The notes below the pieces were generated by a model that was not told the DNA's origin, searched no databases, and worked only from the letters and a program-made list of their open reading frames with translations. From a virus (lineage: Duplodnaviria; Caudoviricetes), in the IMG/VR virus record IMGVR_UViG_3300025543_000016, positions 1,785 to 65,784 of that record: a stretch of 64,000 bases of DNA. One strand, written 5' to 3'. This document shows, piece by piece, positions 52,070-60,517 of this stretch; the stretch's first letter is position 1, and every line of letters starts with the position of its first letter. Made by a program: the position numbers and the translations under genes.

Positions 52070-52421
52070 TACCTAATATTTTATAGTCTAACAATACAGT
52101 ACCTTCTGTTTGAACATTTATTCCTGTATAGAGAGAGATTTTCTTTTTATTATTTCCAATCTTTATGATTAGATTTTTTTTGCTTGCTTTTGCAATTGAG
52201 TTACGAGCTGACTGAGGGCTTTTAAAAATACCCTTATCCGTTAAGTTATTGCAAAATACTGTAAGCTCAATTTCTTTTTGTTTAGCTAATTCAGCTAAGC
52301 ACTTTAAATCAGCATTGCTAATTTGTAACTTATTAAAAAAACAATATGTAATTATTTGATATTCAATTATTTCATCAAGACTTACTTTTATTTTTTTATC
52401 TACTTTATTTACTAATGTCAT
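52050..52421 (-). CDS. Putative winged-helix DNA-binding protein
   Basis: SNADLKCLAEL..KSPQSARNSIAKASKKNLI wHTH-like pattern. Confidence 0.5.
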   Translation of the reverse strand: MTLVNKVDKKIKVSLDEIIEYQIITYCFFNKLQISNADLKCLAELAKQKEIELTVFCNNLTDKGIFKSPQSARNSIAKASKKNLIIKIGNNKKKISLYTGINVQTEGTVLLDYKILGIETKAL

Positions 52422-52425
52422 ATTT

Positions 52426-53343
52426 TTATAATTTTAATAACATTTCAATTAATTTAGGATTAGGATAACAATCAAACTTATCTCTTCTAACATTAGTGTG
52501 TGTAAGTAATCCTTTAACTTTACCTTGATAAGCTTCTTGTTGAAATTCAAATGCTTTAGTTGGCCCGTATTTTTTAATCCATTGTACTAAACCTACTCTT
52601 AAATCAATAGCATCTCTTTCACCAATGTGTCTTAAACATTTTTCTAATTCTTCAATTTGTTTGTTAGAATAATTATGCCAAGTAGTATATCCTTTAAAAG
52701 GTTCTTTTAATTTGCATATTTGAGATATAGCTGCTTTCTGGCCAACGTATGTTTTTAATTCTTTACTCAAGTATCCAAAATTACAAAGCTCAATACCTAC
52801 GGATTTTCTATTCATAATACCCGATCCGGTTTTACCTAAGTGCCAACCCTGACCTCCATCAGGAAAAGCTTGTAAAGTAACACCATCATAAGTATCATCA
52901 CCGTTAGTTATTTTTTGACCACCTAAAACAAACTCAGTTGCAATTTGACCGCGATTATCTCTACCCCAACTATCAATACACTTATAAGGATTTTCCCATC
53001 CAGCAGTGTGGTGAATAAAAACATATTCATTTTTAATAGGACCTTTAATGTATTCATGTTTAGGTAAATAATGTCTATGAATTATTTGATTATAATTAGT
53101 GGTGTAAAATTGACCCATAACATCAGTGTCTTCATCAATAGCATTTTTTTCTGAGTTTATTGTAAAAAGCAAAGACCATAAATTATTATTAACTATACCA
53201 TCAGGATTAGAGTTAACATTTAACTGATATTTAATAACTGCTTTTTTTGTTTTTGGTCCAAATACACCATCAGGATTAATACCTAAAAGTATTTGGAGTT
53301 TTTTAACGTCAGCTCCTTTAGAACCTTCTTTTAAAAACTCCAT
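52426..53343 (-). CDS. Endolysin: peptidoglycan-binding domain plus Amidase_2
   Basis: LKEGSKGADVKKLQ..DGVFGPKTKKAV (PG_binding_1); FIHHTAG..WHLG..SVGIELCN..LTHTNVRRDKFDC. Confidence 0.85.
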   Translation of the reverse strand: MEFLKEGSKGADVKKLQILLGINPDGVFGPKTKKAVIKYQLNVNSNPDGIVNNNLWSLLFTINSEKNAIDEDTDVMGQFYTTNYNQIIHRHYLPKHEYIKGPIKNEYVFIHHTAGWENPYKCIDSWGRDNRGQIATEFVLGGQKITNGDDTYDGVTLQAFPDGGQGWHLGKTGSGIMNRKSVGIELCNFGYLSKELKTYVGQKAAISQICKLKEPFKGYTTWHNYSNKQIEELEKCLRHIGERDAIDLRVGLVQWIKKYGPTKAFEFQQEAYQGKVKGLLTHTNVRRDKFDCYPNPKLIEMLLKL

Positions 53344-53624
53344 TACTTTATTTTTAATTTGTTATTTAATTTTTCTTTTGTAAAATCTTTAGCTGCTTCT
53401 GATTTTTCATCTGAATTTTCTTCAGTATACATTTGAGCTAAAATCATTTGAGCTTGAATTTTTTCTACTCTGGCTTTTTCTATATCTCTAAGCAGTTCTT
53501 CATATTCTTTCTGAACTTTAAGATGCTCAATGTTTGTTTTGTAAAAAGCTGTAATTTCTTCTCTACGTTTTTCTAATTCTTCTTTAGTAAGACTTGCATT
53601 TTCATTTGTTTCATTCTGTACCAT
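53343..53624 (-). CDS. Hypothetical coiled-coil protein
   Basis: ORF track; translationally coupled to the endolysin. Confidence 0.6.
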   Translation of the reverse strand: MVQNETNENASLTKEELEKRREEITAFYKTNIEHLKVQKEYEELLRDIEKARVEKIQAQMILAQMYTEENSDEKSEAAKDFTKEKLNNKLKIK

Positions 53625-53697
53625 AACATGTTGATTTATATGTGAAGTACAAATATAAGAAATAAAGTTTAAATTTGATAAGTTTAAAATATTATTC

Positions 53698-54012
53698 TTA
53701 AAGCTTTGCAGTTAACATTTTATGTAATACAGCACATTTTTCATATTCTTCATTTTTTTCATAATATTTAATTATTCCATTAAGTATATTTTCAGTTAAC
53801 TCTTCATCAATATTATGTGCAATTATTGTAATTGGATTAGATGTTTTTATGTTATTATTAATTAAATCTTTAAATGTTATTTTTTTAGTTATAATATCAT
53901 ATGAATTGTCAAAAGCTTTTTTTATAAATTCTTTACTTTCTAAAAAACTCTTTATTACTTCAGTACTTAATTCATCGTCATCTAAATCTTCAAAATCATC
54001 ATAATTATTCAT
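53698..54012 (-). CDS. Hypothetical protein with C-terminal UVR-like motif
   Basis: YYEKNEEYEKCAVL resembles the UvrB/C (UVR) motif. Confidence 0.55.
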   Translation of the reverse strand: MNNYDDFEDLDDDELSTEVIKSFLESKEFIKKAFDNSYDIITKKITFKDLINNNIKTSNPITIIAHNIDEELTENILNGIIKYYEKNEEYEKCAVLHKMLTAKL

Positions 54013-54255
54013 AGTAGTTATTTTATTTGTTATAGGAATACATCCTTATTAATATACTAATTTAAAACATCAAATATAATTATTTTTTTGATCTGTAACA
54101 ACAAGCCCCCCTTCTTATACAAAAAATAATGACCCCCCTGGTACTTATAATTATTTATGTATTGCATAGGCTAGGGGACATAGGATATTGCTCCCCTCCT
54201 AAATATTGAGCGGTATGTACCCCGTATAAGTCTAACATTTAAATTTTTAATTACC

Positions 54256-54600
54256 ATGAAAAATCAAGTTTATTTCAGCAAGATGAGAGTAAATGCTAAC
54301 ACGAAAAACGTAACCATTTACGTCACATCTGAACCAAGGCAACGCAAAGACCTAAAAGTCTTAGGTTTTGCCATGGCACTACGCGTCCAAGACAATGTCT
54401 TGAATGGTCAGCTTAATCTAGTAGACCCTGAAACGGGAACTAGCATGAAGTCTAACCATCCCTTGGTACAGAAGATGCAATCATCTCTTAAACCAGGAGA
54501 CGCTATGCCAGGATTAACAATAAATCCTGACAACCCAGTGACAAGCCTTGAAACAGGCGAGCCACTACGTAACCTGTATTGGGTAGAAGCAGCAGTATAG
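54256..54600 (+). CDS. Hypothetical protein; first gene of the plus-strand (early-type) block
   Basis: ORF track; higher GC than its neighbours; followed by the agcagc..gctgct hairpin. Confidence 0.7.
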   Translation: MKNQVYFSKMRVNANTKNVTIYVTSEPRQRKDLKVLGFAMALRVQDNVLNGQLNLVDPETGTSMKSNHPLVQKMQSSLKPGDAMPGLTINPDNPVTSLETGEPLRNLYWVEAAV

Positions 54601-55027
54601 CTGCTTTGACCCGCAAAGGTTTAAATTAATAATGAAAGATCGCCTGTTACGCACAGCTACCAGCTACCAATAACCACAATACCAGTTAGAAAACAATACA
54701 GAATATAGTGAATGTTATATGTTATTTTTATTTATTTGTGTGTTGAGTTGTTAATAGGTCATCATATAAGCCATAATCATTGGTTGTATGCTTATCATAA
54801 TAGCAGTCACACAGTATAATATAAATATAGCTATAATAATTACGTGCACTCAACAAGCACTCAAATTATAATTGCATTGTGTATTATGTTCTTCTCTCTA
54901 TGTATCTATATAAAGAGTAGTATAATATTACCCGCAATATCAAAACAGGCACATAGACAAATACCTGTATAAATTATGTATTATTTTATTAATCACCTAA
55001 AGCTGAAGAGCATTGTACTACAACATT

Positions 55028-55300
55028 ATGATAAATACAATTAAAGTATATCCGCATACATACATGGATAGAGCAGAAGGAGATCATTTCAAAGCTTTTC
55101 ATATAGCTGATCTTATTCATCAGGGAATTATGAACTTCTTGACTAATAAGTTAGGTTCTATAACCTTTAATGATATTAGTACTAATGAAAGTTATGAAAT
55201 TGAATTAGTTAACGTTGATGATAGAACATTAGATGAAATTAAACTAATGTATCCAAATATATCAATGAGAACTCTTTGCACTTATAAAGACTGGTGCTAA
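55028..55300 (+). CDS. Hypothetical protein
   Basis: ORF track; ATG at 55028 preferred as start. Confidence 0.55.
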   Translation: MINTIKVYPHTYMDRAEGDHFKAFHIADLIHQGIMNFLTNKLGSITFNDISTNESYEIELVNVDDRTLDEIKLMYPNISMRTLCTYKDWC

Positions 55301-55428
55301 TGTTCTTTGAAGATGCAGAATTTGCTTGGGAGCTCTATAAGATATCTCCTGAGCTAACTTGTACTTGTGATGAAGTACATGTATGTCAACAGTGCTATAA
55401 AGAATGGCAAGAAGACTTAGAAGAGTAG
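55300..55428 (+). CDS. Small acidic Cys-rich protein (42 aa)
   Basis: MFFEDAEFAWELYKISPELTCTCDEVHVCQQCYKEWQEDLEE*; TAATG coupling to the upstream ORF. Confidence 0.55.
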   Translation: MFFEDAEFAWELYKISPELTCTCDEVHVCQQCYKEWQEDLEE

Positions 55429-55446
55429 CCTGTCAGCTTATCTTCG

Positions 55447-55580
55447 TACACGTTAGGTCCAAGTATGGCCGTTGGGTTTGACAACCCTGAACCGTGTATT
55501 TGACTTGTCTGTGGTATATGTAACAGTCACCGTCAACCGGGTAAACGGTCGTTAAGAGGTAACCATGCTCTTTATTTTTT
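55447..55580 (+). ncRNA. Candidate structured RNA (multi-hairpin) ending in a terminator-like stem
   Basis: tacacg/cgtgta encloses the ggtc/ggcc and gggtt/aaccc hairpins; then tgact/agtca, ccgt/acgg and aagag/ctctt plus a U-run. Confidence 0.45.
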
Positions 55581-55600
55581 CACCTTAAAACAAAAACATC

Positions 55601-55777
55601 ATGCTAACAAGAATCTTAGTAGTGCTATTAACAATATTTGTAGCATTTAACTGCTTTAGAGCAGGACATTATGCATCACAAGGAGGAGATACTGGAAGTG
55701 CAGTGTTACTCTTCATTATTGGTGTTGCATCTTTATATATACCATTAATCCTAAAAGAAAAACCTAATAATACCTAA
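55601..55777 (+). CDS. Small two-TM membrane protein (58 aa)
   Basis: MLTRILVVLLTIFVAFNCF..SAVLLFIIGVASLYIPLILKEK; A-rich leader. Confidence 0.6.
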   Translation: MLTRILVVLLTIFVAFNCFRAGHYASQGGDTGSAVLLFIIGVASLYIPLILKEKPNNT

Positions 55778-56084
55778 ACATCATGAGAATATATGTAAAA
55801 AATCCAGGCAGATTTGCCAAGTACAAGGATCAAGTTGTACTAACACACTTATAATAATTATTACATGAATATATATTTATATAGCTACAAAGATCATAAT
55901 TACTGTAGTTGCAAATAGATATTTATTGTTATCTCTCTCTATAGTATTATATGTCTTATTACTTATAAGAGAAGTATTATATCAACCGTGATGTTGTAAA
56001 AATATTAAACACTTTAAATCAGCTGTCTATATAGATAAGAGTTCAAAGCCTCTATAAATGATGATGAGAGTGTATTTAGTTAGT

Positions 56085-56480
56085 TTAGCATTTAAGTCTT
56101 ATTTATAAGCTTTGAAGTCCAGCTGACAAATGACAATTAACACATTTACCACTTTGAACAGGTAAATGCTAATATCAGTCATTTGTTAACATGTACAAAC
56201 ACTAAACCTAAGAAACTAACGATTATGTGATACCTATTTAACATAATGACGAAAAGTAGGGAGCTTTTAATATTATTCTGTATTAATTGCTATATCTTCA
56301 AATGTGAGAAACTTGAAGATGAATCTCATTAAACATTGAGTAAACATTATAGAATTGCAGTTTAGTAGCTGTAAATGTTTTTACTAACTCAATGTTTATT
56401 AAATATTACAAGTGTGTAGGATGCTAAAAGGCTAGACCACTCTGACAGTTAAACTCTGTTGGCACACTTGTTTTATTTTT
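56085..56480 (+). ncRNA. Cluster of candidate structured RNA domains
   Basis: Closing stems 56085-56094/56163-56172, 56330-56341/56387-56398 and 56408-56416/56463-56471; possible pseudoknot at 56294-56329. Confidence 0.45.
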
Positions 56481-56591
56481 ATTACATTAAAGACAACCAG
56501 GAGTCTATAAAATAACCTTTTGATAAGACTGGACGAAATATTACATTAACTATAATTAATATCAAGGTTTAACAATATAAATAACAATATT

Positions 56592-56825
56592 ATGTCACAT
56601 AATACAACTAAAATAATAACAGCAATTGCAATACAACTACTATCACAACATAGTGTTAAAGTGATTGAGGGGTATAAATTATCAGTTATAACTAGTTATA
56701 CATCTGAATTAGAAGATATATCTAAAAAATATAACTTAAAAATGGTTGAGTCATTTAATCAACAATTTACTGTTCAAGGTATATTTGAAGTAACAAATAG
56801 TACTCATCATACTATAACATTATAA
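56592..56825 (+). CDS. Hypothetical protein
   Basis: ORF track; A-rich leader. Confidence 0.5.
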   Translation: MSHNTTKIITAIAIQLLSQHSVKVIEGYKLSVITSYTSELEDISKKYNLKMVESFNQQFTVQGIFEVTNSTHHTITL

Positions 56826-56897
56826 TAGAATAACAACATTAAACCTGACTAGAGATAACATCAAAGGTCAGGTTATTAAAAACAAATAAATAATACT

Positions 56898-57137
56898 ATG
56901 AACATCACATTAATTTACCTCGTAACAACAGATAATGGAGAATTACCTGAATTTGCAACAACTGAAAGATTATTAGCAGTAGTTGATAATGAAAAAGATT
57001 TACATACAATAGTAGATAAATATCATACTGCTGAAAGAAATTATAAAGCTGATGGAGATATTCCTCAATATCTACAAGATTTATATGATACAGAAATTAG
57101 AACTGAAGAAATTACACTTAATCAAGAAATAGAATAA
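56898..57137 (+). CDS. Hypothetical protein
   Basis: ORF track; A-rich leader. Confidence 0.6.
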   Translation: MNITLIYLVTTDNGELPEFATTERLLAVVDNEKDLHTIVDKYHTAERNYKADGDIPQYLQDLYDTEIRTEEITLNQEIE

Positions 57138-57141
57138 GTGT

Positions 57142-57299
57142 ATTTAAAAATAACGGCAGGTGGATGTATTATTCCTTAAATGAAAAGACTGCACAGACCC
57201 GTAAAGTCGGGTGGATATATTGTGATTATTCCACAATGACTTAGAGCTGAAATTCAAAGTAAGTAGCCCTTTAAGGTAGGTAGGTAAACCTTTTTAAAT
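57142..57299 (+). ncRNA. Candidate multi-stem structured RNA
   Basis: atttaaaaa/tttttaaat and ccttaaa/tttaagg enclose the acccg/cgggt, attgtg/cacaat and actta/taagt hairpins. Confidence 0.5.
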
Positions 57300-57322
57300 T
57301 AAATCCAATAAATAATAATATT

Positions 57323-57703
57323 ATGAATATTCAATTTGAAAAAAAATGGGATAATATGTCTCAAGAAGAATTAGTAAAAAAGATTAAAGCTGTAAAAAGC
57401 CAACTCTTTGCTCTTCAGTATCAGTTACACGCATATAATGATGGGTATTTATACCTAACATGTTTGCGTAGCTATGGTTCTTTGTCCTGGGAAACTCATA
57501 TTAATGAGTATACAGTTCAAGAACTTTGTGACCAGTATGACGGTTATGATGGAATAGTAGATGTTTATACTACTAATCCTAACACTACTGTTACTACTGA
57601 GGGATCTGTAGAAATAATGACTCTTGATGAAATTAAAAATGTTTCTCAAGATAACATTTCCATGTCAGCAGCTGTAAGTAACTGGATTACGAAGAGTATG
57701 TGA
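57323..57703 (+). CDS. Hypothetical protein
   Basis: ORF track; A-rich leader. Confidence 0.65.
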   Translation: MNIQFEKKWDNMSQEELVKKIKAVKSQLFALQYQLHAYNDGYLYLTCLRSYGSLSWETHINEYTVQELCDQYDGYDGIVDVYTTNPNTTVTTEGSVEIMTLDEIKNVSQDNISMSAAVSNWITKSM

Positions 57704-57949
57704 TTAAGATGGGGGCTTATTATTAGCCTGGCAACAGAAAAATTTCACCTAAGCATGTGTCTAAACTGCTTTATAAACTCTCATCCAATTGCAGGTGTTA
57801 TAGCAATAACAAGAAGAATTTATAAACAAACATTTATATTATTAATATTTAAATCACCCAGAAAGAAGAAGGGTTAGTGTAAATAAATAAAAATATAGCA
57901 CGCTTTCTGGTAGTGATTTTACTGACAGAGTGGGAAGCCCACATCTTAA
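57704..57949 (+). ncRNA. Candidate ~245-nt structured RNA A
   Basis: 14/15-bp closing inverted repeat at 57704-57718/57935-57949; internal GNRA hairpin, possible pseudoknot and ccagaaag/ctttctgg stem. Confidence 0.55.
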
Positions 57950-57966
57950 AATAAAACATTATAATT

Positions 57967-58222
57967 AAACATTGAACCAAGTGAATAAGGGACCAATCCT
58001 GCCAGCAAATTTGGTGTGAGTTGATAGCTGGTATTCACATAAAGATACTAATCCTGAATTGACAGGTTCTAATAGTAAGGAAACTTATGCTATTATTGAG
58101 AGAGTAATCTTAGTTGTGTTGTTCCTGTTGAAAGGAATGCGGGGATAAATAGAGATAGAAGTTGCTAACCGTAACTCTACAACACAGATGTCTCAACATC
58201 ATCTTTAGGTTCAATGTTTTTT
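57967..58222 (+). ncRNA. Candidate ~255-nt structured RNA B
   Basis: Perfect 12-bp closing stem at 57967-57978/58208-58219, at least eight nested helices, and a terminal U-run. Confidence 0.65.
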
Positions 58223-58243
58223 AATATAAAAAAATATAATACA

Positions 58244-58447
58244 ATGAAAAAAACAAAAATAATGTTAGCAATAATAATAACATTTCTTACCACTTGGTTT
58301 GTAGTAACTTTAATTACTTATATGTTAAGTAGTGATATAAGTTTAAGAAAAGCTGCAACAGAACATTTTACTTTAATAATTATGGTAGTTTTTGGGTGGA
58401 TTCCTTCAGTTGTAATTGGAATAGATCTTGACAAAAAATTATATTAA
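58244..58447 (+). CDS. Small two-TM membrane protein
   Basis: MKKTKIMLAIIITFLTTWFVVTLITYML..FTLIIMVVFGWIPSVVIG; ATG at 58244 preferred. Confidence 0.65.
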   Translation: MKKTKIMLAIIITFLTTWFVVTLITYMLSSDISLRKAATEHFTLIIMVVFGWIPSVVIGIDLDKKLY

Positions 58448-58469
58448 CAAACATTTAAATCAATTTAAT

Positions 58470-58751
58470 ATGCAATTTACATTTATAATACATGATTGGC
58501 CATTTCGTAAATATAACAACCAAGTTGTTATAATTATATCAAATGAAGGAAAAAAGTCTTTAATATTGGATCAACAAGGTGATTACAATACTATAGAAAC
58601 TACAAAACTTAAAGAAGTTACTCGTGAGTATGTAGAAAAAATGGTCATTAAAAATCAATTATTCCGTGAAATATGTTCAGATGAAGGTTTAATTGAAGTA
58701 AAATACCAAGATTCAATTGGTTATTTATCATATATAAGTAGTTATATGTAA
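58470..58751 (+). CDS. Hypothetical protein
   Basis: ORF track; ATG at 58470 preferred. Confidence 0.55.
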   Translation: MQFTFIIHDWPFRKYNNQVVIIISNEGKKSLILDQQGDYNTIETTKLKEVTREYVEKMVIKNQLFREICSDEGLIEVKYQDSIGYLSYISSYM

Positions 58752-58757
58752 AATTTT

Positions 58758-58792
58758 AATAGATGAAGTTGTAATGACTTCATCTATTTTTT
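58758..58792 (+). terminator. Intrinsic terminator
   Basis: aatagatgaagt/acttcatctatt 12-bp stem plus T-run. Confidence 0.8.
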
Positions 58793-58816
58793 ATTAATAT
58801 TATAAACTTAAACATT

Positions 58817-58975
58817 ATGCAACAACAAGAAGAAGAATGTCAGTATTTCTATATTAAAAACGGTGTTGAATTTGTAACACCATCATTAGAACATGCAATA
58901 GAAAAATGTACAACAAATATTATTAAAGTAAAATACGGTAATAATACAACAGCAGAAATAAAATTAAAAAATTAA
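58817..58975 (+). CDS. Small hypothetical protein (52 aa)
   Basis: MQQQEEECQYFYIKNGVEFVTPS...; below the ORF-track length cutoff. Confidence 0.5.
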   Translation: MQQQEEECQYFYIKNGVEFVTPSLEHAIEKCTTNIIKVKYGNNTTAEIKLKN

Positions 58976-58978
58976 ATT

Positions 58979-59134
58979 ATGATCAACAAAACAAAATTAT
59001 TTAGCAAGTTTAAAGATTTTTTTAACAAGTTTACTTTCATGGGAGGCAAATTCATAGGAATTGGTATAGTTTGGGATAATTGTGACATAGCTCTTTGTTT
59101 ACCTTTAATTGTAATATCATTTAAATATAAATAA
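58979..59134 (+). CDS. Small hydrophobic protein (51 aa)
   Basis: MINKTKLF..FIGIGIVW..LCLPLIVISFKYK*; TAATG-coupled to the next ORF. Confidence 0.5.
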   Translation: MINKTKLFSKFKDFFNKFTFMGGKFIGIGIVWDNCDIALCLPLIVISFKYK

Positions 59135-59724
59135 TGAAAAACGCTTTAGATAGTCTTTTATTAAATCAAAATGCTTATAAATATAACAATGATGTTATTA
59201 ACAAAGATATTTTAAAACTAAATCTTAGTAAATTACATAAAGGACATAGAACTGTAATTAATTTATATTTAGATAAAGAAGATGAAAACGTATTAAATAT
59301 AACTAATGTATGGTGGGGAACTGAAGTATTTCAAAAACTGTATTTTAATAAAGAAAAAACAAAAATAAGAGTATCATTAACTTATCCTATTGTACCAAAA
59401 TATGTTATAAAGTTTTTTGGATTAATGAAAAACAAATACAATAACATTAATAAAATTGAATTTGATAAAAACAATAATTATTTTTTAAAAGGTTATTTAA
59501 CAACTAATAATAATTTTGTAATTCCTTATATTAATTTTGAGCAAAGTTTAAATGAACGTATTTTATTTAATCCATCAGAAACATTAATGTTAGTTATGGA
59601 TTTTAATAAACGTTATAAAAAATTAAAATATTTAATTAAAACAAATATGAATAATGAAGAATTTATAAATGATTTTTTTACTGTTAAAAATAAAACACTT
59701 TACATATCACATCAATTATTTTAA
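59134..59724 (+). CDS. Hypothetical protein
   Basis: ORF track. Confidence 0.55.
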   Translation: MKNALDSLLLNQNAYKYNNDVINKDILKLNLSKLHKGHRTVINLYLDKEDENVLNITNVWWGTEVFQKLYFNKEKTKIRVSLTYPIVPKYVIKFFGLMKNKYNNINKIEFDKNNNYFLKGYLTTNNNFVIPYINFEQSLNERILFNPSETLMLVMDFNKRYKKLKYLIKTNMNNEEFINDFFTVKNKTLYISHQLF

Positions 59725-59734
59725 ATAAAAAACA

Positions 59735-60208
59735 ATGATAACATCAGAAAAAACTATTCATGAAATACTTTTAAAAGCATTTGACAATACTAAAATTAAA
59801 AAAGATTTGTTTGTTAAAGGTTTAGTTTCATCTCTTAAAAGCGGTTATAAATTAGAATATTTGTTATATTTACTTTTTACAGATGAACCAGATATTTTTT
59901 ATCCTAATGATTATTTTAAAACAAAACCGGATAAATACCAATTAGGAAAATTATTTAATTATGATGATTTAATTGATTTAGGTCTTTTGTCAGATGATTA
60001 TATGACTTACGGTCAAATTATAAAAGATGATGGTTATAGTTCAGATTATGATCCTTTTTATGGTAGAGTTAAAGTTAATATGTTTTATTATGATGATGAA
60101 AAAAACTTATTAAAAAAGGAATGTTCTTTGTCTACTCATGATTTAATAAAAATAAACAAAGAAGATATATTACATTTTAAAAACTTAAAAAATGGCAAAA
60201 ATCAGTAA
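59735..60208 (+). CDS. Hypothetical protein
   Basis: ORF track. Confidence 0.6.
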   Translation: MITSEKTIHEILLKAFDNTKIKKDLFVKGLVSSLKSGYKLEYLLYLLFTDEPDIFYPNDYFKTKPDKYQLGKLFNYDDLIDLGLLSDDYMTYGQIIKDDGYSSDYDPFYGRVKVNMFYYDDEKNLLKKECSLSTHDLIKINKEDILHFKNLKNGKNQ

Positions 60209-60386
60209 AGAGCTTTTAAGAAAAGAAATTAATTGTTGGAAAAGTCCAATGAAATTGTTTAAAAAACAATATAAAAGTTTTGGTTCTTATATGGACAAGA
60301 AATATAACTTTTTCAACAATGATTTAAAAACTGTTTCTAATAGAGAAGCTATTAAAATTATTATTAAAACCAAATTAAAAAACTAA
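60192..60386 (+). CDS. Small basic hypothetical protein
   Basis: ORF track. Confidence 0.5.
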   Translation: MAKISKELLRKEINCWKSPMKLFKKQYKSFGSYMDKKYNFFNNDLKTVSNREAIKIIIKTKLKN

Positions 60387-60517
60387 AAAAATGAAATAAA
60401 AACAAAAAACTTAGCTATATTAATACTAATTAATTACCGTACTATCATCTTAATACTCAATTAATTCAATATTTATACGTATTATATTATTATTTTTACA
60501 TATACATGTAAAACAAA

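Noticed and set aside
54653-54685. Short cagctac/acca tandem repeats
   Set aside because: Too short and degenerate to distinguish from chance
56216-56540. Hammerhead-like strings (ctaacga..gacgaaa; tgataag..gacgaaa)
   Set aside because: The cores deviate from CUGANGA and I could not build stems I-III with a cleavage triplet
57704-57800. SAM-I riboswitch or HDV/theta ribozyme resemblance (cctggcaac, cctg/cagg)
   Set aside because: Other required SAM-I elements and the HDV P3/P1.1 topology are missing; kept only as an unassigned structured RNA
54600-58250. tRNA genes or a CRISPR array in the non-coding island
   Set aside because: I saw no tRNA D/T-loop consensus and no regularly spaced direct repeats
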